A DNA stretch of 64,000 nucleotides from Marsupella aquatica (taxonomy: Eukaryota; Plantae; Marchantiophyta), in assembly GCA_973895155.1 (NCBI GenBank), contig OZ316895.1, positions 23,510,558 to 23,574,557 of the forward strand. Reading direction: 5' to 3'. Below, in pieces: positions 1 through 13,329 of the stretch (its first letter is position 1; every line of letters begins with the position of its first letter). A program made the position numbers and the translations under genes. The notes under the pieces were generated by a model, which saw only the letters and a program-made list of their open reading frames with translations, was not told the DNA's origin and searched no databases.

Positions 1-765
1 TAAAGCTCAGGCTAAATGGACTTTTTGTGCATTATCCAAGGGCAGATGAGAACTACTACATACGGGAAGAGAGTCACAGCCACTTCCTGGCTGCACGAGA
101 AAATCGGTCCCCAAAAATTTTCACTGCAGCTGTCTTCTCGAGAATGACATGAGTTCGTAATTGAATTCTCCGAATTCGGAATTCATTGCCGGTAGGAAGA
201 TAAGTTCAGACATGTCACTAAACAACGTTTTTCAAAAACAACAGCTCCGTGTAAATCCACATAAAACAGTCCGCATCATCCTTGTCATACAGGTGCAATA
301 AATGCGAAGTCAGGCACTCGGTTACTTTATCAGACCAAGACAAATTGCTGCTTGTGCATCGCCAATGTTCATGACATCCAATAAAGGTCGTTCCGTCAAA
401 CTAGAATACTCACCTCCGTTACAAAACAGTACATTGTCAATTATTCCACATACGTGAATGAATGGATTGCTACATTGGTAGTTTGAGAGTGTACGAGGCA
501 CATATTCAAACACTGATAATCTGTATTCAAACAAGTGCAACTCACAAAAAATTGACAATCAGTGCTGGAGAGATTTTCCACCGACCAAGACCTATAGTAC
601 GATCAGAATCGCAATGTCCCACTTGTTCTCTTGCGCATCCAATATGAATGAATTCATAAACAAAAATTTATGTTGCGGCTGATGCCACGATGTGGGTTGA
701 GCTTCTTGGAGAAGCATTACTGACAAGGCCCATTTTTTTTTCTGTGAAGAAGGCACTGAAGCTTA

Positions 766-2818
<2,053 letters not shown>

Positions 2819-3277
2819 GGCTGCTCTGTACAATCGTCGGGAGTCCGAACTCGAAGAGGGGAAGGAGGAACAATCAATGCACACACCAGCAGCTCTGAAA
2901 CACCAGCTCCTGTCGTCTCAGTTCTGGGCGCAAATTCCCGCTACCCAGATTTCACCTTGTTCACAATCGGCCGATGGACTAGAGTGGAAGAGATTGTGCA
3001 GTGAAAGAAGAAGGGCGGAGGAGAGCAAATCCGCAATCCCGCAGTGCGATGGAGGCGAAGCAGATCAGATAAGGGACGACTACTTTACAAACTCGAATGA
3101 ATGAGAGGCCACCGGACTCTATCTGACCCAGTTCCTCTGGGCCGTCGGATCCCCGAACCTGTGGTCCTGCTTGCTCGAAATCCTCCTCCACAAACCTCCG
3201 GATTCCTTCTCCTTGCTCTTGCCCCTCCCCTTCTTTTGCTTTCTTCTGCCCGCGTGGCAGGAGCCCACTGCCCCATT

Positions 3278-4790
3278 CGGGTACCTTAGTAAGGAAGCGC
3301 AACAATAAATAAATAAATTATTATTAACATGTAAGGAAGCGCAACAATAAATAAATAAACTATTATTCAACATTTTGTACCTGTTGACATGTTGACAGAA
3401 TCTGTCAAGACAACATACTGGAGTGCTTGTGAAAATTGGGTACCTTAGTAAGGAAGCGCAACAATAAATAAATAAACTACTATTAACATGCAAGGAAGTG
3501 AAACAATAAATAAATAAAATATTATTAACTTGTGAGGAAGCGCAACAATAAATAAAAAATAAGCTACAACAAAACTACAAAGAAAGAGTCCCAAACAGGG
3601 GTTTAGCACAAGAATCACGTACAAGTGGATCGAAAGGTGAGCATGCCCCAATTCGGGTATCTTAGAAAGGAAGCGCAACAATAAATAATAAATAAACTAT
3701 TAATAACATGTAAGGAAGTCGCAACAATTAATAAATAAACTAATAGTCAACATTTTGTACCTGCTGACATGTTGACAGAATCTCTCAAGACATTCTGGAG
3801 TGCTTTGTGAAAACTGGGTACCTTAGTAAGGAAGCGCAACAATAAAGAAATAAACTATTATTAACATTTTGTGCATGTTGACAGAATCTTTCAAGATAAT
3901 CTGGAGTGCTTGTGAAAGGAATGTTGCTCGGTGTAAATTCTGGGTGTCGTAATGTGAACACTGACTTTTTAGTGTGTGCATTGTGAAATATTTTGGAGTG
4001 CTTGTGAAACCTGAAAAGAGATTTTAATGTTTGACTTATCTTCATGTCAGCACTTTTTCAGTGTGTCATGAAGTATTTTGGAGTGCTCGTGAAACTTGAA
4101 AAGAGTTTTGCTATATAAATTATAAGAATACGAGCCCTATGCCCGTGTGTTGCATGGCGCAAGGAGGGCCAACCCATAGGGAGTCAGGCCGGGGCATTTA
4201 TGGGGCAGCATGAAGCACATATGTGCTTGGGGTGCACATTTTCTCCATTAATGGTCAGGGAAAACAACCAATTGAATCCAATGGCTGCAGATCTTTCTCG
4301 CCCAGTTGAATTGTTTTGTATTGGGACAAAGGAAAAAAAAAACACCAAGATCTCTTATTATAGTTGTAGATTAATAATTTGATGTCTCTTAATGTAAACA
4401 CTGGCTTTTCAGTGCAGCATGTTTTGGAGTGTTTTTGAAAACAATGCTACAGCGTAAATCCTATGTATCTTGAAGTGAACTCTGACTTTTCAGTGTATGC
4501 ATTGTAAAATATCTTGGAGTGCATGTGAAACCTGAAAAGAATTTTACTGTGTAGATTATATGAATGTTTGAATTATCTTCATGTCACAATTTTCAGTGTA
4601 TAAATTCTAAAATATTACGGACTGCTTGTGAAACCTGAAAAGAATCTTGCTATCTAAAATTAAAGAATTTATAAACTACCTTAATATAAACACTGGGTTT
4701 TCACTGTATTCATTTTGGAGTGCTTGTGAAACGTCAAAAGAATTTTGCAATGTAAATTTCCAGAATATTTGAAGTATCTTAACAGTATAC
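3278..4790. repeat. Degenerate AT-rich minisatellite/TE-derived repeat array upstream of GAPA
   Basis: About 8 copies of AAGGAAGCGCAACAATAAATAAATAAACTATTATTAACATG-like units (3278-3870) and about 10 copies of GGAGTGCTTGTGAAA-like motifs (3420-4735). Confidence 0.75.
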
Positions 4791-6901
4791 ATTGTTTTAA
4801 AATCAAAAAAGTATGATCAGGAGAATAATCCTGGAATAATAATTAATTAATGTTTTGGGCATCGTTTTGTGAGCATGGATGGGACTAGGGTATACCCTTC
4901 CAGCTAACTCATTTATTAGGGGATCTCAGATATTGGGCTGTCATAGGTGTTACCAGGAGGTTGATACTGTTGCCCGTGAGGGGGATGCAGGCAAGTTTAA
5001 TGGAAGACATGGGGTCCTCACTTCTTTTCTTCCAACTGATCATGCGTGAAAATGGCTATCTAAGGTATGATCAGACACAATCACTCAAGGAAGCTGCTAC
5101 TTTGGTCTTTGCAAATACACAAATGAATTATGAATATGTGACAAAGGTAGCTAAGACTTTTGTGGATGACAAGATTGTCGCATATTCAGTCAATTTAAAT
5201 CCATTGAAGACCCTTGTGGATAACATGAGTGACAAACCTTCTCAAGGCTCTAGATAATGTCCAAGCCAGTGCAGGAGCTATTTTAATTTTGTTTGTAGGA
5301 TTTGTTTACTGATTTTGCATTCACCACTTGTCTGCTTGAGCATACTCAAACAATTTGGTGTTTGGTGCCAAACATTGACCACATTTATGCTCGGGGGCCT
5401 CACTCCAAGGGAGGTCCCATATCACGGGCGAAGTTTTCAAGGTAATAAACACCCTAAAATCTAAGAAAATAAAGTAGATTTTTACTATTTCTAAACCCCT
5501 AACTTTATAGAATGTTATAGAAATATTGCCATATTTGGTATTTAAAACCCTATTGTTCTTATAATCCTCAAGATTGGATTGAAACACCCCTATAATTCTT
5601 CAACAAAAAATTTAAAGTCTTCCGCACAATTGAATTAAAAAAACCCCTTACTTGTTCGCATGCGATGGATCGGACGAAAAGAACTGAGGGCCCCAGGCAT
5701 CCACGGAGAAAAAACAATAAGAATATGGAAACTGGAGGCCGGGGAATACAAATGTTGAGAGTTACTTTGGAGGGCCCTCGTTTTTAACAATTCCTTGAGC
5801 ATTTGTAATGTAACATCCTTGGTAACATCCCAGGCCACAATCAATATATGTTGTGTAGCCCTCAGGGCCCAAGGATGACAAGAATAAGGAGAACAAGTCA
5901 ATTAAATTAATTAGGCCTAAGAGAATATTCTTAGAATATTTTCCTCATAAAATAGGAGTATATTATATTAGGCTAGGATGACATGTGGTACCACTAAATA
6001 TACTAAATACACTAAATTAAGCCCCGGAGGCCTCCTCCATGGATCCTTATGGATCGGCACCCACCCCTACTAAAGGTTTGACAATGGAATGGGCCCTTGG
6101 TGCTCACAAGTAAGGTATACTTAGTTTGTTGGATGAGAACTAAACAACATTCTTTCTGAAGCTCTTCCTAGACAGTCTAAATGTTAATGTAGCCTTGTAA
6201 GAATGATCAGCTTGTCACTCTGGGCCCTGGCTACATGTAAACTATTAGAATCCTATTTGTGCACATTCATCGTCCCTTCGTTATGTCCCTTTCCTCATAA
6301 TATTTTCCTTTGTTACTAACAATAAATAAATGAGTTCAAGATATCTGTAAATTTCTCTAATGTGTGCATGATCTCTATGAAATCGAGTATGAAATACTTA
6401 AGCTAAGGGCCAAGGGTTCGTGCTGCCTGTGCCACAAATCGTGATCATACATCTTCACAATCTGCCAAGGTTTTTCTGCAGATTATGAAGGTGGGATGGA
6501 TCTCTTCACTTTGCATTATTTCTATCCACTTTCAATCTTCCAGGCCTTAAGTTTACCGTATCTCTGGAGGCCAAAGTTTCCTGATTAGCTATGGCAGCAT
6601 TTCTGGACACTGCTGATATCTTTGACTGCACTCAAAAAACTATGTGGGATACATACATGTCCCGCTCAGGCAGCCATTGCAATTATGCACAGTAATACAA
6701 CAGCCTATACTTGCTAAACCTTTTGAATTGGCATTCCTTCCACTTGTGTGAATGAATTCTGTTTCAAAACACTTAGCCCCATTCTGAGTGTTTATATTTT
6801 GTCTAATTAAAGTCATGAGCTAAACGCCTCACTCAGATAGTGGTAGTTTCTAAAGTCAGGTTATCTAATTTCTGGTGCTTAATTTATTATGGAGAAGAAT
6901 G

Positions 6902-7232
6902 TGTCACACCATTCTGAGTAGTGTAGTAGTATGAGTGCTATTAGAGTATGTACGTTTGGTATGAGTGCTATTGGAGCCGATAAGGTTCTGTCAGGTTTGT
7001 GTGAGAGGGTACTTCTCACTTGTGAGGCATTGAAAGGTCATCTTTCAATGTTGAGCCTTGGAGAGAGAGGAGCTTGAGTGTGGCTATGGTGGCTGTGAGC
7101 TCCGCTTGTGTAACGTGGATTCCTTGAGTAGTGCAAGGTGCGTTGGCTTGACATACGTGTGTGATCGGATCGGTGCGGGATCGATGGGGTATTGTTGACC
7201 GGGATCGTTGTGCCGATTGTATGGAGATTACA
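6902..7232 (+). repeat. Left terminal repeat, segment B1 (329 bp plus CA)
   Basis: 6902-7230 is identical by eye to 16709-17037. Confidence 0.95.
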
Positions 7233-7692
7233 TTGAAAGATCGCTCGAACTCTGCTGCTGTACGGATAGAGCTTCGATTGGAGGTTGTGTATTGGCGACG
7301 GTTTGTGGTAGTTCGAATCGATCGTGTTGTGTTGAAGAGGATTCGTGGTAGTTCAGATCTTATTGTTGACATTGTGTTGGAAGATCTATTCTGCCAGGGA
7401 GCTATTGTTTAAGCTTTCGACAGTTCCCGAAGGGCTCTGAGATGTGTTGATCGAAGGGCTGATCGACAGCAGAGGGATCTATGCCCGTGTTTGTAGATCT
7501 GTTGGACAGGGTCCGGACGGTGTAGTCGACCTTGCTGCGATCTGTCCCGAGTTGCGATCTGTGACAGTAGCGATCGGATTTGATAAGGCCGGCTGTGGCG
7601 CTGCTGTTTTGATGAAGGAAACGGAGATCAAACTTTGAATGCTGCGTTTTGCGTCACTACTGTTTCCATTCGATCATGTGTATGTTGCCGTC

Positions 7693-8964
7693 GCCAAGCT
7701 GCGATTTTGCGTGAAGGGACCCGCAGCCACGAAGTCGATGTTTTGTGAGGGAAATTGAGTCTGGATGTTGTGAGATCGAACTGTTGTGTTTCCGTCGGAC
7801 TGCTACTGCGATCTGTAATTCCGCGAAGGGAACCGAGAGGCAGAAGCTGGATGTTGCCGAATCTGATTGTGTGATCTATGAAGGGAAACCGAGGGCAGAA
7901 CCTGAATGTTGTCGAATCCGAAACTCGATCCGGCGTAGCGAAGCGTTGCGGGCGTGAAGGGCTCACTCTTTGGCTCATCTCGGCGTTTTGAGGCAACTCG
8001 TGGTTACTCGGGACGAGGGGCGTGAGGGTGGAGCAGGAGCGGGCCAGCAAGCCAGCTTGCTGGTACGTGAGGAGTAGTTGCAAGTGCTGCCATTTTGGAG
8101 TGGCAGATTTGGTGCATAATGACAAGTGAGAGGTCACCCATCCCAAAGCTATTCCTCCTCTCATGAGCTTAACTAGCAAGTTTCTATGTGGTGCATTGTA
8201 CATGCTTCCTTCCACATTTGATGTCCAAGGAATGAGGCCCTAGGGGTTTTATGCACTTTTGAATTCATCTAGATACTCTGTTTTAGCTAGTTTGCGATGG
8301 ATTCTTGAATATTTGACGCGGGATTCTTGAGGCCAAGCTGCGATTTTGCGTGAAGGGACCCGCAGCCACGAAGTCGATGTTTTGTGAGGGAAATTGAGTC
8401 TGGATGTTGTGAGATTGAACTGCTGTGTTTCCATCGGACTGCTACTGCGATCTGTAATTCCGTGAAGGGAACCGAGAGGCAGAAGCTGGATGTTGCTGAA
8501 TCTGATTGTGTGATCTGTGAAGGGAAACCGAACCTGAATGTTGCCGAATCCGAAACTCGATCCGGCGTAGCGAAGCGTTGCGGGCGTGAAGGGCTCACTC
8601 TTTGGCTCATCTCGGCGATTTGAGGCTTCGAGGCAACTCGTGGTTACTCGGGACGAGGGGCGTGAGGGCGGAGCGGGCCAGCAAGCTTGCTGGTACGTGA
8701 GGAGTAGTTGCAAGTGCTGCCATTTTGGAGTGGCAAATTTGGTGCATAATGACAAGTGAGAGGTCACCCATCCCAAAGCTATTCCTCCTCTCATGAGCTT
8801 AACTAGCAAGTTTCTATGTGGTGCATTGTACATGCTTCCTTCCACATTTGATGTCCAAGGAATGAGGCCCTAGGGGTTTTATGCACTTTTGAATTCATCT
8901 AGATACTCTGTTTTAGCTAGTTTGCGATGGATTCTTGAATATTTGACGCGGGATTCTTGAGGCC
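7693..8964 (+). repeat. ~635-bp tandem duplication in the retrotransposon 5' leader
   Basis: 7693-8331 and 8332-8964 are near-identical; the antisense ORFs 7628..8215 and 8249..8845 start with the same sequence. Confidence 0.92.
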
Positions 8965-9279
8965 TATTATGAAGGCCTTACATTGAACTATATGCACATT
9001 ATTTACATGTATTTCTGATTAATTGGTGTGGAGAGTTGTGGTAAATCCTCTTCTTGTTGTTGGATCCTCTCCACACATGCTTCATGTTTATGCGCCATGT
9101 TAGTTTGGCGTGGGCGCTTGATTCCATAGGAGTGATCCGGGTTTGCAACTGGACATTCTAGTGTGCCGTGTATTTCTCTCTTGGTGATGTTGGAGTGATG
9201 CCCAACACACCATGGTGAGTGCTTGTGGTGCTGACAGTGATAGATTGCCCTTAGGGTTAGCACATAGATTAGGTTAGGG

Positions 9280-12130
9280 TTGGTCACCACGGATTCTTCT
9301 GGTGCTGCTGGATTACCCGATGGACGACGGACCGGTTTCACTCGGAGTGGGGCACAGTTTCGGCCAGCGACATTGGTGGCAGTCAGCAGTGCAGCTTCAG
9401 ACAATGATTCTGATGAGGACTCAGTGACCAGTTCTCCTCATCATCAGGTGGTTGCACCTTTGTTGTGGGATATGGACGAGATGTACGGGGCTACAAAGGG
9501 CCCACGATGATACTCTGGTGCAGTTGGCACAATTGATCTGGATGACTTCATCCAGGAGTTTGATACGTGGTGCGATATGCAGACATTGCATAACGTCACG
9601 TTGTTTACCCCTTTCATGGCATGGAAGGGATTATTCCAGCATTTGGAGGGGCCACCCATGGATGACTACCATGAGTTTCGGAAGGCTCATTTGGTTGAGA
9701 TTGAGGCATGGAGGCAGCATTGGTCGCCTAATTACATGTCCATCACCTATGGCACTAGTGCAGCTGCCCAACCCATTGCCACAGCTGTTGCTTCTTCTAG
9801 CAGCACTAGCCAGAGTGGCACACCATCCACCACCAGCACTCTAGCAGCATCCACCACTACTCCTGCCGGTGTGATTGTGACAGGAACTGGAGTTGCGCCA
9901 ACATTTAATCCTGTGGTGGAATTCTTTGAGGTACTGAAGCAAAACTATCAGGGTGTGAGAACTGATAAGTTGAAGGGTCTTCAGGAGTTCCAACGCAAGA
10001 CTGGAGAGAGCCTACGTGAGGCATACACACATATGCGCAGATTGATCACTGTCACCAAGGGAGTGACAGAGGCTCAGGCAGTCCAGTTTTGGTATGCAAT
10101 TCTGGACAGAGAATTGCGACACAGAGTGAGAGATGTCAATCTGCTTAGGGATGCAGATCCCACATTAGCAGTTGTTTTCACCCTTTCTGAGCGCATTGAG
10201 CTCAATATGGTGAATGAGAAGGTGGTGACTTCCGATTTGCCAAGGAAGCACCAAAGGCTGCATCTACATCCACACCACAGCCTACTGCATGGAAGAGCCA
10301 GAGGGAGAAGCCTACTGCACGAGAGTCTACCAGCCAGAGACCTGTGCCCTCTTATGCTGGACAGCAGTCAGGATGTTGGACCTGTGGTGGGGATCATGCA
10401 CAGAGATATTGTCCAGATCATAGAGGATCAGGGGGAGCATCAGCGCTTGATCAGCGACAGTGTGATCACTGTGGAGCTCCTGGGCACACCAAGGATAGGT
10501 GTTTCTCACTCCACCCTGAGTTACGGAGAGGAGGATCCCGTACACATGATCAGGGAAGAGGAGGAGGAGGTAGAGGTGGTGGACGTGGTCGTGGCATGCC
10601 ACATGCAGGGAGACAGGGAGGTGACACTGCCCCTGCTGTAACCATAGATCCAAAGGATGCTAAGATTGCTCAATTGGAGCAACAACTAGCTGCCATGGCT
10701 AGTTCCCAGGTGAGACCTAATTCTGGTGATGGGGCATCTACATCCTATGGACCTTCCACATCCCATGGTCCTTCCACATCTTATGGAGCTGATAGAGACC
10801 TTGCCACCATGGGATTCATGTGTGGCACTGCACATATTGATGCATCAGCAGCTTTGACACGTGGGGCAGCCAAAGCTCTTGAGCCCCGAGGAGCAATAGT
10901 GGAGTTAGATCCACAAAGGGGGGATGCACGTTGGCAGACAAAGCTTCCTCAGTCTTTTACATTGTCAGAGACAGTTCAGACTGCCTCTATGAACCCGGTT
11001 CGGACAAACCCTGATGTGGGTAAGTTGGCAGAATCAGGTAGTGATGCAGCAGGGATGACAGGTACCTTGCTGGGGGCGGCTACTGCCATAGTACGCACCC
11101 CATTATTTTCAGCGATAGACATGCTGAACTTGGGAGTTGGTCCTGCAGAAGTGTTCAGATTGGTAGCTACACTCTGTGAGGACACTCCAGTGGTTGCTTC
11201 CCATGCAGAAGCAACTTGCAGTGTTGATGCAGTGAAGACCATGCCACCTACTGCTACTAGTGAGACATGGCATGCAGTAGCAGCGAGGTTGGTGGATTTA
11301 CCAGCACGCCCTGCATTTGAGAGGACTAGGTTTAAACCTAGTGTTGTGTCATTGGATAATCGGAGTGGTATCTTCCGATTAGTTGGGCCTTCTGGAGCAG
11401 TATACCAGCCAGAGAGAGTGTTATTGGATACTGGTGCTCAGCCCTTGATGGTGGGGAAGTCTGCCATACGTGGATTGGGATTGCGTCCAGAGGATTTGGA
11501 AGATTGTCCCTTTCCCATTCAGACTTCATTGGGGGGACCTACACCTACACAGCATATCACCAGGAGACCACTTGATTTGAGGATTCAGGAAGGTCATACC
11601 ACAGATAGCTCACAGATACAGGCGCGAGCTATTCTGACTAAGGCAGAGTCATATGATGTGTTGGTGGGATGTACAGTGCTCTACCCCATGGGATTTATTC
11701 TTGATTTTTGGGAGGAATCAGTGTCATATAGACCTGATTGGCAGTCAGGAGATGCTCGATTGAGCAAATTGCCAGTGAGATTTAGTGGACCTGTGGGAGG
11801 CCCTAAATCCACACCATTGTCTTTGGCAGCATTCAGTGGTGTAATTGTTGGACCTGATGATTTGATTGAGGGTAATGCGCATGCAGCCGATGTTCCACCA
11901 TTGGAGGAGTCTCATGAGGAGCACATCATGCGAGGATTACCTATTGGTAGTGTTGTGCCACCAGTGTGGGGCACTGCACAGGCCTTGCCACAGGCAATAG
12001 CACGATTGGTACATGATGCATGGTGTCATGCTTTTACACCACAGTCAGGAGCAGAGCAGTCTCTTGCAGATGGACCTGTGACTCTTTCACCATTGGATAC
12101 CACTCCTATTGCTTGGCAGTATCCACCGGA
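9280..12130 (+). pseudogene. Retrotransposon gag (two CCHC zinc knuckles) and aspartic protease
   Basis: Gag-like FQRKTGESLREAY; knuckles CWTCGGDHAQRYC and CDHCGAPGHTKDRC; protease LLDTGAQ (~11421) and YDVLVG. Stop at 9508-9510 and a frameshift near 10235. Confidence 0.88.
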
Positions 12131-13075
12131 GGGTATTTGTTTGTTGGATCTTTTTGGTGGGATTAGCACTGGATTGGCTGCTGTTCTTTAGGCAGGAATT
12201 CCTGTGCGTCGTTATTTGTATGTGGAGACAGATGAGACAACGCGGAGGGTCTCATTGCGACATGTGGCTATGTTGGTGGATAGATATCCATAGTTGCTGC
12301 CAGTGGATGCTGTTCGTGGTTATCAGCATGCACTACCTGCTGATATTTCATTGTTGGGGGCGGATCATCTACATCGTGTTGGCCCCATTGATTTGGTGAT
12401 TGTTGGTTGGTCATGTCAGGGCCAATCTGGAGCTGGCATTGGGCATGGACTTCATGATCCACGCTCTGCATTGTTTTGGGAGATGTTACGGGTGCTGCGT
12501 CATCTCCAGCTACATCAGACACAGTCTCTTGCATACATTTTGGAGAATGTGCCATTGTTAGGTGATGATCGTAGTCGGATTGTTGCCAGTGTTCACCAGG
12601 TGAGGTCTTGGATTGGACCTGCTGTGTTATTGGATGCTGCACGTGTCGGTTCTCGTGCACATCGTCCACGCTTGTGGTGGACTAATTTGATCCCATGTGA
12701 GGTGCTGAAGCACGCATTTGACAGCATTCCACGCTCACCAGCCTTAGTGGTGAATGATATTTTGGATCCAGGGTGTCGTGCACAGGGTGTGACCCAACCT
12801 GATAGACCTCCATTGGCAATGGTCAATGTAGTTGGGTGCCCACGTTGTGCATTACCCACTCTTGTAAGCCACTCTGCTTCATATGCATTCAGAGCAGGTG
12901 GCCCTGGACTTGTATGGGACATAGCTCTCCAGTAGTTAGTGGAGCCTACTGCTGATGAGAGAGAGCGTGCTATGGGATTTTTGACTCGCACCACTGCAGT
13001 TGCCTCTGTGTCAGAGGGTTTACGGCGCCAGGTTCTTGGTCAAGCAATGGATTTGAATTGTTTGACTTGGATTAT
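12131..13075 (+). pseudogene. DNMT3-like C5 cytosine DNA methyltransferase domain within pol
   Basis: One frame when the TAG stops at 12189, 12291 and 12933 are read through. Motif I LLDLFGGI; motif II YVETDE; motif IV DLVIVGWSCQG; GLHDPRSALFWE; motif VI ILENV; motif VIII RAHRPRLWWTNL; motif IX ERAMGF; motif X RRQVLGQAM. Confidence 0.88.
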
Positions 13076-13329
13076 CAGCTTGGGAGTAGCTGAACAGTTG
13101 TGGATGCGCTCTGCCGGAATTACTGATTGTCCCTTGGTGAGCTTGCGGTCCACTTAGACAGTATTGACCACAGCTGGGGGCGAGCAGACAGTCCATGGAC
13201 CTATGGCAGGATTGGCCAAGGCTGGACAGATTGTTGAGCAGGAAGGGACTGCTCAATCTACTGCTAAATAGCAATCATCGGCTATCTCTTCTACCCTACA
13301 AAGAGATATTAGGGATTTGGTGGAGAGTT

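Noticed and set aside
3278-3870. CRISPR-like appearance of repeated ~40-bp units
   Set aside because: Units are degenerate, spacing is irregular, intervening sequences are themselves repeated, there are no cas genes, and the context is eukaryotic.
5408-5460. GGTCCCATATCAC...GGTAATAAA motif shared with ~17495-17530
   Set aside because: Probably the end of a dispersed small TE, but no matching second end or TSD could be defined.
7628-8845. Two similar ~195-aa minus-strand ORFs as a gene pair
   Set aside because: They are by-products of the leader duplication, start at non-ATG codons, diverge by frameshifts and contain no recognisable domain.
12131-13075. Host DNMT gene or bacterial restriction-modification contamination
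   Set aside because: Intronless, in frame with the retroviral protease, and inside TSD-bounded retrotransposon ends in a plant gene neighbourhood.
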